Counted from the stretch's first letter, positions 45,965 through 56,045 are shown. The stretch: 59,238 bases of DNA from Candidatus Zambryskibacteria bacterium RIFCSPHIGHO2_01_FULL_43_25 (GCA_001823695.1 MHVD01000017.1:1-59238); one strand, 5' to 3'. Numbers and translations: made by a program. Notes: generated by a model from the letters alone, not told the origin.

Positions 45965-47920
45965 ATGGCCAACCCTAACAATAAAAATCAATCCACCGAT
46001 CGGCGGACGAAGGGCAAAAAGCAATTCAAAATCGTGATACAAGGCGGCGGCAAAAATCCGCGGGGCGCAATGTGGCGCAACTTTCTATCAACCATTCTAC
46101 TAATTCTGGCAGTTCTCATCCTTTATTCGGCAATAACAGAAGGCAGAAGTAAAAATCCCCAAATATCAATTTCTGAACTGGCGCAAAACATTAGTGCTGG
46201 TGAAATTTCCAAAATAACAGTGGAGGGCTCAAAGCTCACAGCTGATTACTCCGACGGAGTGGTTAAGGAGTCAAAAAAAGAAAGCGATATCGCTTTGTCG
46301 GAAACTCTGGTCAACTACGGCGTTACGGCGGAAGAACTCCGTGCCGTAGAGTTAGATATAAAAGAACAAAGCGGATTTGTGTTCTGGCTCGTTACTCTCT
46401 CCCCGATAATTTTGCCCCTGCTCTTCATCATCTTTTTCCTATGGTTCTTGTCCCGTCAGGTTAAGGGCGCCGGTATGCAGGCCTTCACTTTCGGCCAATC
46501 AAAAGCGCGAATGATTTCGCCGACCGACAAAAAACAGAGAGTAACTTTCAAAGATGTTGCTGGGGTAAAAGAAGCCAAGCAGGAACTTCTGGAAATTGTT
46601 GATTTTCTGCGCAATCCAAAAAAATTTCTAGACATCGGCGCGCAAATTCCTAAAGGCGTGATTCTCATGGGCGCGCCGGGCACGGGCAAGACACTTCTGG
46701 CGCGAGCCGTTGCCGGCGAAGCTGGCGTAGCTTTCTTTTCCATTTCGGGTTCTGAATTTGTGGAAATGTTTGTCGGCGTTGGCGCGTCCCGCGTCCGCGA
46801 CCTCTTCCAGCTTGCCAAGAAAGCGGCGCCGGCGATTGTTTTCGTTGATGAGATTGACGCGGTAGGACGAGTGAGAGGAATAGGGGCGGGCGGGGGAAAC
46901 GACGAGAGAGAGCAGACTCTGAACCAGATTCTAGTTGAGATGGACGGCTTTGAACCCAATGAAAAGGTGATTGTTATGGCGGCGACCAACAGACCAGATG
47001 TCTTGGACCCGGCGCTTCTGCGGCCGGGCCGCTTCGACCGGCGTGTCATACTTGACCTTCCAGACAGGTCAGACAGGGAAGAGATACTCAATATCCACGC
47101 CCGCAAGAAGCCGTTTGCCGAAGATGTGGACCTGAAAGTGATTGCCGAGCGCACCCCGGGATTTTCCGGAGCCGACCTCTACTCTCTGATGAACGAGGGC
47201 GCGATTCTTGCGGCCAGAGAAAACAGGACCAAAGTTTCCCAGTACGACTTCATTCGTTCAATTGAGAAAGTAATGCTGGGGCCTGAACGCAAGAGCCACA
47301 TATTATCAAAGAAAGAAAAAGAAATTACTGCTTATCACGAAGCCGGACACGCGCTTGTCGCTTCGGTACTGCCGTACGCCGACCCGGTTCACAAGATTTC
47401 CATAGTTGCCAGAGGGCGCGCCGGCGGATATACATTAAATCTGCCCATTGAGGACAGGCGTCTTCAGTCAAAAAACGAATTTTTAGACGATATCGCAATG
47501 GCCTTGGGCGGATATGTTGCGGAGCGGGAAGTTTTCGGTGACACGACCACCGGACCTTCAAATGATTTGCAGGTTTCTACCGCTATTGCCCGCGATATGG
47601 TTACCAAATACGGAATGTCCCCGAAAATGGGGCCGGTTGCCCTTGAAGGACAGGACGGCAAAATGCTTTTCGGCAGGGGAGTTCCCGACAGAGATTATTC
47701 GGAGAGGGTCAGCGCCGAAATTGATGCGGAAGTTTCAAGAATAATAAAGGAGGCCTTAGACAGAGCGGCGGAAGTAATCACTGGCCACAGGCCGCTTCTT
47801 GACGCGATAGCCCAGAGGTTGATTGAAGTTGAGACTCTGGAGAGGGAAGAGTTTGAAAATATTTTGATTGCCGGCGGTATCACGCCTAAAAAGAAAAAAG
47901 ATATAGAGCATCAGGGATGA
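45965..47920 (+). CDS. ftsH: ATP-dependent zinc metalloprotease FtsH
   Basis: [42 protein letters not shown]. Confidence 0.98.
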   Translation: MANPNNKNQSTDRRTKGKKQFKIVIQGGGKNPRGAMWRNFLSTILLILAVLILYSAITEGRSKNPQISISELAQNISAGEISKITVEGSKLTADYSDGVVKESKKESDIALSETLVNYGVTAEELRAVELDIKEQSGFVFWLVTLSPIILPLLFIIFFLWFLSRQVKGAGMQAFTFGQSKARMISPTDKKQRVTFKDVAGVKEAKQELLEIVDFLRNPKKFLDIGAQIPKGVILMGAPGTGKTLLARAVAGEAGVAFFSISGSEFVEMFVGVGASRVRDLFQLAKKAAPAIVFVDEIDAVGRVRGIGAGGGNDEREQTLNQILVEMDGFEPNEKVIVMAATNRPDVLDPALLRPGRFDRRVILDLPDRSDREEILNIHARKKPFAEDVDLKVIAERTPGFSGADLYSLMNEGAILAARENRTKVSQYDFIRSIEKVMLGPERKSHILSKKEKEITAYHEAGHALVASVLPYADPVHKISIVARGRAGGYTLNLPIEDRRLQSKNEFLDDIAMALGGYVAEREVFGDTTTGPSNDLQVSTAIARDMVTKYGMSPKMGPVALEGQDGKMLFGRGVPDRDYSERVSAEIDAEVSRIIKEALDRAAEVITGHRPLLDAIAQRLIEVETLEREEFENILIAGGITPKKKKDIEHQG

Positions 47921-48045
47921 ATTAGAATCTAGAATAAGGAATAGGGAATAAGGAATTAACCCGCCCGAACGACTGGCATCGTTCAGCCTGCCCGTACCGA
48001 ATTGGTACGTTCGGGCGGGTCGGGCAGGGAATTAAGAATAAAGAT
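47920..48045. repeat. Heptamer tract (AATnAGG-like) interrupted by two interleaved GC palindromes
   Basis: aatctag aataagg aataggg aataagg; acccgcccgaacg..cgttcgggcgggt and cctgcccg..cgggcagg. Confidence 0.75.
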
Positions 48046-48110
48046 AAATGAAAAAGGGCCCCGACGACGCGTGTGCGTTATCGGGGCCCTCACCGTTCTT
48101 CTGGTCGCTG

Positions 48111-48638
48111 TCAGGCGACCTTGACCCGCTTCCTGTTTCCGCCGGTCTTCGGCGGAGAGGAGTTGTGTCCCTTCATCTGCTCGCGGCGCAAGTTCTTGAC
48201 CGGCTCGATGAGCTGAGCCGTGAAGATGCGCAGTTTCCCGTTGTCGAAAACGGGTTTCGCCGCCACCTCGCATTCCCAGCGAGGAATGTCATTGCTGGGG
48301 AAGTGCTGGCTCTTGCGGTGGACGACGAAGATGTCATCCCCGACGCGCGACTGCCACCTGAGCTCACCGGTACGTGAGTGTTCCACTTCGGCGAACCGAA
48401 GTGTCTCCTGCCGAAGCGGCAGGATGAGATCGGCGATGTAGAGCTCGAAGCCGATCTGCCCGGCGACCGGGTCATCGGTGATGTTGCACAGCCAGCGCGG
48501 GTTTTCCACCGTCGGCTGTTCCCCGATTGTACCGGGGACGCAGAGCTGGCGGATGAACCCGTTGTTACTCCAGCACTGCCACTGCGGTGCGCCCGTCTTG
48601 GCGTGCTTGCCGAGTTCGAAAGTGACGACCGTACGCAT
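48111..48638 (-). CDS. Orphan protein made of two tandem ~68-aa repeats
   Basis: HxxTGxxxWQ...PRWxCxI/V...LIxP occurs twice; SD AGGAG; terminator at 48055-48090. Confidence 0.7.
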   Translation of the reverse strand: MRTVVTFELGKHAKTGAPQWQCWSNNGFIRQLCVPGTIGEQPTVENPRWLCNITDDPVAGQIGFELYIADLILPLRQETLRFAEVEHSRTGELRWQSRVGDDIFVVHRKSQHFPSNDIPRWECEVAAKPVFDNGKLRIFTAQLIEPVKNLRREQMKGHNSSPPKTGGNRKRVKVA

Positions 48639-48700
48639 GGCGTTCTCCTATGGAGGGGGCCAAAAGGCCGGTGAATTGAAGAACTGTTGTCCTACTGTGT

Positions 48701-48730
48701 ATTATATCATACTTCGTATTGTTTTGTCAA
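48701..48730 (-). promoter_or_regulatory. Consensus sigma70 promoter for the 48638 orphan
   Basis: TTGACA-18 nt-TATAAT with TGn. Confidence 0.7.
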
Positions 48731-48889
48731 GCAGAAAATTGACTATTTTTAATCTAAACTCAAAAATATGGCTTAAAACAAGGATTTTTGGCAAACAAAA
48801 ACCCGTGAGCTAGTCGTCCGTTCACGCTTGTTGGCGGATAACGGAGACTATCTCACGGGGCGGACGGGATGTCGAGGGTGGAGCGATGG

Positions 48890-49105
48890 TTAGGGAAGTG
48901 GCTTGAGTAACAGGTAGAATCCATATAACCCCATGCCCGAGCTAAAGAATCCCAAGACAGCAAAAACCGCAGTCTCTAATCGCCTCTTGACGCTGGTGTT
49001 GCCGTCGTAGGATAGGAGGTTCTTGTCAACGATCCAAAGCAGGAAACCTCCTGCCAGCGTGAGAAGGGCGGCGAAGAAAACCCACCACACAAGAAGCAGA
49101 CGCAT
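48890..49105 (-). CDS. Orphan 2-TM microprotein
   Basis: SD AGGAGGAGG; two hydrophobic helices. Confidence 0.6.
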   Translation of the reverse strand: MRLLLVWWVFFAALLTLAGGFLLWIVDKNLLSYDGNTSVKRRLETAVFAVLGFFSSGMGLYGFYLLLKPLP

Positions 49106-49118
49106 ACCTCCTCCTAGG

Positions 49119-49346
49119 TTAAGGGAACTGGATTATTGTCTCACCCACTCTCCGGAACGCATCGGTTATTAGATATGTGAAGCAAAGACCGAATACTACG
49201 CTGAAGAAGAGCATCCACCATACTGGTCTTCGGCCGGGGAATTCATGTCCCCTTGCGATGTCGTACGCCATGACAATCGCGGCGACTCCGCAGATTACTC
49301 CAACGGCCATTGCCATTAGGGTCTTCTCGGGCAGGTTTGAAAACAT
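49119..49346 (-). CDS. Orphan 2-TM microprotein
   Basis: SD GGAGG before ATG 49346; two hydrophobic helices. Confidence 0.6.
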   Translation of the reverse strand: MFSNLPEKTLMAMAVGVICGVAAIVMAYDIARGHEFPGRRPVWWMLFFSVVFGLCFTYLITDAFRRVGETIIQFP

Positions 49347-49513
49347 TCTTTCCTCCAATGAAAGAGCGGTATCCTCCCACAGTGAATCACTCTAGGGCAG
49401 TTTAGTCAATCTTGCCCGGTAATTTTATAAGTTTGAGTTGAAAGCGGTTTTATGTTAATGTCGCATGGTTAATTGAGATTATTTATCCATTAGTTAAAAG
49501 TTAAAACAGATAT

Positions 49514-52500
49514 ATGAAAAGAGCGGAGTCTTTTATACCGATTTTATTAATTGTTCTATTTTTATTTTCAATATTACCAATACCAAGTCAGGCCGCGTCA
49601 GGCCTTACTCTGGGTTACGGTTTCGACGAAGGTTCGGGAAATATAACCGCTGATGCTTCTGGGAATGGCAACAACGGCGTCCTTATAAATAGTCCCGCGT
49701 GGACTACAGGAAAATACAGCAACGGTCTAAACTTCACCGTAAATTCGGAGCACGTTAATGCCGGATCAGCTAGTCTAATTGATAACTCGACCGCAATGAC
49801 CGTTTCTGCCTGGATCTACCCACGATCAGAGGGGGGAGCCGCCCGCGCCGTTATTGCGGCTAAAGGCACTACCGGTTTTAACGGCGGATGGTTTTTCCGT
49901 TTTAATCCGAGTGGCACAAACAGTTTACACTTCTATATTGATCATTCGGGTGCCGATGTTTACAGGAATACGGTAGATAACGCAGTTACTTTAAATCAGT
50001 GGCAATACGTAACCGCTACGTGGGACGGCAGCGCTAGCGCTTCTAGCATACGAATGTTTGTAAACGGGATAGAGGCTGCCTACCTGCCAAGTGTTCCGGG
50101 TTCCGGGACGAAAGTTAGCGACGCTTCGGCTAATCTTCTTATAGGCACCAACGCCAATTTAGCGGCAACTTGGGACGGCTTAATTGACGAGTTTCGTCTC
50201 TACAACCAAGTTTTGTCTTTGTCGGAGATTGCGGATGATATGAATACGCCCGTTAGCGTCCCCGACACCACCTCTCCGACTGCAGTGATAACCTCGCCGC
50301 TTGACGGCGCCGCTGTATCCGGCAACGTAGCCGTCAACGCCAACGCTTCGGACAACAAGGGAGTCGTAGGAGTTCAATTTTTTGTAAACAGTGTCGCTTT
50401 GGGTCTGGAAGATATTTCTGCTCCGTTTTCGGCTCTCTGGAACACAGTAGGGTTGCCGGACGATGTCAACTACACGCTAACTGCAACAGCTCGTGACGCG
50501 GCAGGCAATCTAGGTACTTCAAATCCAATTGTTGTGCTGGTTGACAACTTGCCCCCGCCAGACACGACTGCGCCGTCACTTTCAAATCCTCTACCATCCG
50601 GAACCCTGCCTTCTGGCACTACCGACACAGATATAAGCATTGTCTCCAACGAAAACGCAGTATGCAGATATGACACTGTTGCCGGCACAGATTACACTGC
50701 GATGCCAAACACTTTCGGCATTACAGGAGGTACGCTCCATTCAAGTCCGGTTTCTTCTTTGACCGACGGCAATTCTTACTCTTTTTATATTCGCTGTCAG
50801 GATTCTTCGGGCAATGCCAACACGACGGATACTCTAATTAACTTTGATATTGCTCTACCACCTCCGCCAGACACGACTGCACCAGTCATATCAAACATTT
50901 CTGTGTCTTCCATTACCACAAATTCGGCAGTTATCAGTTGGATAACCGACGAACCCGCCGACTCGCTGGTAGAATTTGGCTACGATATAGGATACGGATC
51001 TTTATCTGCTCACGACCTTATATATGTTACCAACCACTCAATGTGGCTCACCGGACTTAATCTCGGCACAACCTACCACTACCGCGTTCATTCAATTGAT
51101 TCTTCAGGAAATCCTGCTGTTTCTTCAGACTCCACATTCTCAACTCTCTCTACACCGCCGATTACTCCAGACCTAGTCCTAGGCTACGGCCTTGAAGAGG
51201 GTACAGGCACTACGGCTGCGGACGAATCCGGCAACGGAAACACAGCGACTCTAGCCAACGGCCCAGTTTGGACTACACAAGGCAAATATGGAGGAGCTTT
51301 GTCTTTTGACGGAGTGGACGACAATCTAAACGCCGGTTCAGCCGCAGTTTTAGACGACCTTCCCGCCTTTACCGCTTCTGCCTGGGTCAACCCAAACAGT
51401 ATGGGTGGTAGTGGCAGAGGCATAATTGCAGGTAAGTATTCAGGCACCAATGGCTGGAAACTTCAATTTGCTCCCGGCACAACCAACGCACTGCTTTTAG
51501 AAATCAAACACACAACAACCGGCGTCCCGAGTGGTTCTTGGACTGGAATCTTTAGAACTACGGTTAATAACGTTCTTCCTCTTAACCAATGGAGTTATGT
51601 AACGGCTACTTGGGACGGCACCAATAATTTCTCGGGCATAAGATTTTATGTGAACGGTCAAGAAGTGTCATATAGCACTGGTAGCGGCAATTCTGGCATT
51701 AAAATCAGTGACACTACTTACAACCAATATGTTGGTGGCGGCTGGGATGGCTTGATTGACGAATTCCGTCTCTACAACCGAGTCCTGTCTTTGTCGGAGA
51801 TTGCAAGCGACATGAATACCCCGCTTGGCACTCCTCTTTCTACTGATAATACGCCCCCAGCCGTTTCTATTACTTCGCCGGTTAGTGGATCAACAGCTAC
51901 AGGAACTATTGCTGTCCAGATTTCTTCTTCTGACGATGTAGGGCTTCAGTACGTGGAACTTTATCGAGATGGAATACTTGTGGGCAAGGACGCAGTTGCT
52001 CCTTATCAATTGATGTGGAGCACGACTTTAGTGCCGAACGGCACTTATAACCTCGCCGCGCGAGCCGTTGACACTTCTAACAATTCGGCTACTTCAAGTA
52101 CTATCAGCGTCACTGTAGATAATGCGGCCGCTTCTCGGTTCAACATCGTCTTTGTTATAACCGACGATCAGCGCTGGGATACAATGCAGTACATGCCACT
52201 GACCACGACGTTGATTGGAGACGCGGGCGTAACCTTCACAAATTCTTTCGTCGGCACACCGCTGTGTTGCCCGAACCGAGCCGCTTTTCTTACCGGTCAA
52301 TACTCACACAATACCGGAGTCTTGGATAACATAATTAATACCGGAATAAGGGCGCTCGACGACACGTCAACCATCGCCACATGGTTAGAGCAAGCCGGCT
52401 ATAGGACGAGTCTTATCGGTAAGTATTTCAACAGATACGGGTCAATTGATCTTGGTCCGCCTTATATCCCGCCGGGATGGTCTGACTGGCATTCTCACAG

Positions 52501-53437
52501 CGAATTTGGAAGCTCTGGCCTTTACTACAACTACAACTTGTTTGAAAACGGTACCACTGTAAGCTATGGTTCCCAGCCGCAGGATTACTCAACGGATGTG
52601 TTAGCGGTAAAAGCGGTTCAGTTTATTGAAAGTACGCCCCAGAACCAGCCACTGCTCTTGTACTTTACGCCGCACGCGCCTCACTCAAGCGGTGGTCCAC
52701 CCATACCAGCTCCGGCAGACATCGACTCGTTCTCTTCTCTTTCGCCGTGGCGGCCCATCTCCTATAACGAAGCCGATGTCAGTGATAAGCCCCTATGGAT
52801 TAGACAACTTCCCCTCCTTACGCCAACAGATGATTCTGCGGGAGATACCTTCCGCATAAAGCAGATAGAAAGCTTGCAGTCTGTGGACCGTGCCGTTGAA
52901 AGTATGGTTAATGCCTTGCAGAGAACCGGAAGATTGGACAACACTGTCATTATATTCACTTCAGACAATGGCATGACTTGGGGGGAACACCGCTGGTTAG
53001 ATGATAAGTGGTGTTTGTACGAAGAGTGTATTCGAGCGCCTCTAATGGTTAGGATACCGGGCGTTACCCCAAGAGTGGAAGACAATCTCGTATCAAGCGT
53101 GGACCTGGCTCCCAGTATAGCCGAGTGGGCCGGAGCTCTACCCACAAACTCGGTTGACGGGTTAAGTTTAAACACTCTGCTGAACGACCCGACTTCGGCT
53201 TGGCGGGATGAGCTTTACGCAGAGTACATTGGCCCGACCTACCCTTTCGGCGCAAGCTCTATCTTCCGAGCCGTACGAACCGATGACAGCGTTTACGGAG
53301 AATACGACAATGGCGACCGAGAATTCTATGACCTTACACTGGATCCGTACCAGCTCAACAATGCCGTTAACAATCCGAGTTATTCAGGGGAAATCTCCAA
53401 CTTGGACAAGACCCTTGAGATACTAAAGACTCAGTAA
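49514..53437 (+). CDS. Secreted multidomain protein: 2x LamG-like, Ig-like/FN3 domains and a C-terminal sulfatase
   Basis: Signal peptide; two WDGLIDEFRLYN LamG ends; DTTxP Ig linkers; NIVFVITDDQR and CCPNR (CxPxR) sulfatase motifs. Confidence 0.88.
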   Translation: MKRAESFIPILLIVLFLFSILPIPSQAASGLTLGYGFDEGSGNITADASGNGNNGVLINSPAWTTGKYSNGLNFTVNSEHVNAGSASLIDNSTAMTVSAWIYPRSEGGAARAVIAAKGTTGFNGGWFFRFNPSGTNSLHFYIDHSGADVYRNTVDNAVTLNQWQYVTATWDGSASASSIRMFVNGIEAAYLPSVPGSGTKVSDASANLLIGTNANLAATWDGLIDEFRLYNQVLSLSEIADDMNTPVSVPDTTSPTAVITSPLDGAAVSGNVAVNANASDNKGVVGVQFFVNSVALGLEDISAPFSALWNTVGLPDDVNYTLTATARDAAGNLGTSNPIVVLVDNLPPPDTTAPSLSNPLPSGTLPSGTTDTDISIVSNENAVCRYDTVAGTDYTAMPNTFGITGGTLHSSPVSSLTDGNSYSFYIRCQDSSGNANTTDTLINFDIALPPPPDTTAPVISNISVSSITTNSAVISWITDEPADSLVEFGYDIGYGSLSAHDLIYVTNHSMWLTGLNLGTTYHYRVHSIDSSGNPAVSSDSTFSTLSTPPITPDLVLGYGLEEGTGTTAADESGNGNTATLANGPVWTTQGKYGGALSFDGVDDNLNAGSAAVLDDLPAFTASAWVNPNSMGGSGRGIIAGKYSGTNGWKLQFAPGTTNALLLEIKHTTTGVPSGSWTGIFRTTVNNVLPLNQWSYVTATWDGTNNFSGIRFYVNGQEVSYSTGSGNSGIKISDTTYNQYVGGGWDGLIDEFRLYNRVLSLSEIASDMNTPLGTPLSTDNTPPAVSITSPVSGSTATGTIAVQISSSDDVGLQYVELYRDGILVGKDAVAPYQLMWSTTLVPNGTYNLAARAVDTSNNSATSSTISVTVDNAAASRFNIVFVITDDQRWDTMQYMPLTTTLIGDAGVTFTNSFVGTPLCCPNRAAFLTGQYSHNTGVLDNIINTGIRALDDTSTIATWLEQAGYRTSLIGKYFNRYGSIDLGPPYIPPGWSDWHSHSEFGSSGLYYNYNLFENGTTVSYGSQPQDYSTDVLAVKAVQFIESTPQNQPLLLYFTPHAPHSSGGPPIPAPADIDSFSSLSPWRPISYNEADVSDKPLWIRQLPLLTPTDDSAGDTFRIKQIESLQSVDRAVESMVNALQRTGRLDNTVIIFTSDNGMTWGEHRWLDDKWCLYEECIRAPLMVRIPGVTPRVEDNLVSSVDLAPSIAEWAGALPTNSVDGLSLNTLLNDPTSAWRDELYAEYIGPTYPFGASSIFRAVRTDDSVYGEYDNGDREFYDLTLDPYQLNNAVNNPSYSGEISNLDKTLEILKTQ

Positions 53438-53456
53438 TCCAAATTTGGAGTAGCGT

Positions 53457-53492
53457 TACACACAAAACCCCCGTATACGGGGGTTTTGTGTG
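53457..53492. terminator. Bidirectional terminator
   Basis: cacacaaaacccccgtatacgggggttttgtgtg perfect palindrome between convergent genes. Confidence 0.75.
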
Positions 53493-53497
53493 GTGGG

Positions 53498-53570
53498 TGC
53501 GCGCGGAGGGACTTGAACCCCCGACCAATCGAGTATAAGTCGACCGCTCTACCAACTGAGCTACGCGCGC
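53498..53570 (-). tRNA. tRNA-Ile(TAT)
   Basis: Cloverleaf gcgcgcg...cgcgcgcA; anticodon arm gtcga-ct-TAT-ac-tcgat. Confidence 0.9.
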
Positions 53571-53776
53571 GTTGCATACAGCTTAAAGCTAAAGACAAAA
53601 AGCTTCAAGTTTTATTAGCGACGTAGGGCGAGTGAAATGTGAAAGTAAAACTTTCACATTTCCGAGCCGAGGAGCTAACACAGGTGCAATGTCGCGCGGT
53701 TTGCCGCGCGAAAGTACGATCCGCCAGCTAGCGGAGAGTTCCGATAATACCTCGGAGCTTTGCTCCGAGGACACCT

Positions 53777-55957
53777 TTATTCAAAATGAATTCTGTCTTC
53801 GGTTTTTTCGGCTATCTCTTTAAGCTGTGGGAAGCTCTCTAATCCCGCGCCTTTTTCCACTATTGTCGCCGCTTCTTGCCGCGCTGCTTCAACCATTTTT
53901 ATATTTCTTATCGCTTCCATTCCAATATCGGAAATTCCCCATTGCTTGCCGCCGGACAATTCTCCGGCTCCTCTTTGCGCAAGGTCGTACTCGGCCAGTT
54001 CAAAACCGTTTGCCGCTTTTTTAAGCGCCCGCAGGCGGGCGACGCTATTACCTGACTTTGTTTCCGAAAATATGTAGCAGTACGGCTGATAAGTGCTTCG
54101 CATTACGCGGCCGCGTAGCTGATGAAGCTGGGCTAGGCCGAATCTCTCCGCGCCTTCAATGACGATTATCGTCGCGTTAGGCACGTTGACGCCGACTTCA
54201 ACTACCGAAGTGGCAACCAAAATGTCTATCTTGCCCGCTTTGAAATCAAGCATTACACTCTCTTTCTCTTTTGGTTTCATTTTGCCGTGTAGAATTCCGA
54301 TTCCAAATTCCGGAAATACTTCTTTCTCCAAACGTTTGGCTTCCTCCTTCACCGACTTTACATTGAGAGCAAGCTCTTTGGTCGGGTCGGGCAAATCTAT
54401 GCGCGGACAAATAACAAAAGCCTGCCGGCCGCCCCTTATCTCTTTCCTTATCTTTTCGTAAGCGGTGCCTCTTTCTTCCGGCAGTACAATCTCCGTAAGT
54501 ATTGGTTTTCTTCCCGGGGGCATTTCATCCAGAATGGTTAAGTCCAAGTCGCCGTATATCGTAAGCGCCAAAGTTCTCGGTATGGGGGTAGCGGTCATAG
54601 AAAGCAAATGCGGTATGAGCGCAGAACTACGCGGACTTGACGCGGACTTCTCGCGAACCAGCGCCTGGCGCTGTTTTATCCCGAAGCGGTGCTGTTCGTC
54701 AATGATTACATAAGCCAAATGTTTGAACTTGACCGTCTTTTGTATGAGTGAATGAGTGCCGATAAGTACTGGGATTTCGCCGTTTGCCAGCCATTTTAGA
54801 AGCTGATTTCTTGATATGTCTGTCCAGCCGGAAGGGTTCACTTTTGAGGGGAATTTTCGGCAGCCGCTTGAAGTGATAAGTCCTATTGAAATGCCTGACC
54901 CTTTGAAATATTTTATAAAAGACTCAAAGTGCTGTTGGGCCAATATCTCCGTCGGCACCATGTAAGCGGTTTGCAGATTGCCGAATGACTGGCCATTGGG
55001 CCTTGTTGTATAAACGGCTTGAACGGCGGCGGCGGCAACGGCGGTTTTGCCGCTGCCGACATCTCCCTCAAGAAGCCGAGACATCGGATGGCCTTTCCTG
55101 AAGTCCCAGAGTATTGCGTCAATTGCCCTCTCTTGCGACTTGGTCAGCGGGAAGGGGAAGTTTGAAATAAAATTTTCCAAGTCTTCTCTTTTTTTGTCTA
55201 TTGCGAAAGCGCCGTGCTCTTTCCACAATCTTTTTTCTTGCTGTTTGAGAAGTTGGATGAAGAAAACTTCTTCAAAGGCGAAACGTTTCCTCGCAGACAG
55301 CGCGTCCGACTGATTTTTCGGGCTGTGAATCCAGACCAGAGCGGTTTTCCACGGCGGTAAATGGTATCTCTCTAAAATATTTTGCGGTATCGGGTCTTGC
55401 GTCTGCTCCAAAATCCCTGACTTGAAAATTTTTTGGACCGAATGATAAAGCCAGTTTGAAGTCAGCCCCCTTGTTTCTGGATAAATAGGGTAGAGGCGTG
55501 CCTCTCCTCCGTTTTCTCCAAACAACGAATCCCCGGCAACGGCAGGAAGCGCCGATAACCGCTCAACTTTCGGATTGGAGAGGTATATTTCCCCTTTTCT
55601 CTCACTGACCTTGCCTTCAACTCTCACTGGGGTGTCGCTTGGAATCATTTTGGCGATATAGGGCTGATGAAACCAGACAACGTTTATCGTGCCGGTGCTG
55701 TCGGAGAATCGGGCTTGCGCCATTGGTATCTTTTTGCGGAACGCCTTTGACATCTTAAGTCCGGAAAAAGTGCCGAAGAGGACTGCCGAACTGCCTGGAG
55801 AAAGATTGGCGATTGTGTTTGTCTGGGACGGGTCGCCGTATCGGACGGGGAAGTGGTAAAGCAAGTCGCGAACGGTCTTTATGCTGAGTTTAGTCAGGGC
55901 TTTTTTGTGAGTTTCTAAGATGCGAATATGGTCGGATAGGGAGTCGTCTATGTTCAT
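53777..55957 (-). CDS. recG: ATP-dependent DNA helicase RecG
   Basis: GDVGSGKT, IDEQHRFG, MTATPIPRT, QLHQLRGRV, DLAQRG. Confidence 0.97.
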   Translation of the reverse strand: MNIDDSLSDHIRILETHKKALTKLSIKTVRDLLYHFPVRYGDPSQTNTIANLSPGSSAVLFGTFSGLKMSKAFRKKIPMAQARFSDSTGTINVVWFHQPYIAKMIPSDTPVRVEGKVSERKGEIYLSNPKVERLSALPAVAGDSLFGENGGEARLYPIYPETRGLTSNWLYHSVQKIFKSGILEQTQDPIPQNILERYHLPPWKTALVWIHSPKNQSDALSARKRFAFEEVFFIQLLKQQEKRLWKEHGAFAIDKKREDLENFISNFPFPLTKSQERAIDAILWDFRKGHPMSRLLEGDVGSGKTAVAAAAVQAVYTTRPNGQSFGNLQTAYMVPTEILAQQHFESFIKYFKGSGISIGLITSSGCRKFPSKVNPSGWTDISRNQLLKWLANGEIPVLIGTHSLIQKTVKFKHLAYVIIDEQHRFGIKQRQALVREKSASSPRSSALIPHLLSMTATPIPRTLALTIYGDLDLTILDEMPPGRKPILTEIVLPEERGTAYEKIRKEIRGGRQAFVICPRIDLPDPTKELALNVKSVKEEAKRLEKEVFPEFGIGILHGKMKPKEKESVMLDFKAGKIDILVATSVVEVGVNVPNATIIVIEGAERFGLAQLHQLRGRVMRSTYQPYCYIFSETKSGNSVARLRALKKAANGFELAEYDLAQRGAGELSGGKQWGISDIGMEAIRNIKMVEAARQEAATIVEKGAGLESFPQLKEIAEKTEDRIHFE

Positions 55958-56001
55958 TGGCTTATTATACGTTAAAGCTTGTTTGCTCTGAATATAACAA
56001 C

Positions 56002-56045
56002 AAACAACACATAAAATCCGCTATAGCGGATTTTATGTGTTGTTT
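56002..56045. repeat. 44-bp perfect palindrome, core CCGCTATAGCGG
   Basis: aaacaacacataaaatccgctatagcggattttatgtgttgttt. Confidence 0.9.

Noticed and set aside
53589-53823. Short ORFs between tRNA-Ile and recG
   Set aside because: Overlapping antisense frames in structured non-coding DNA, with no RBS or motifs.
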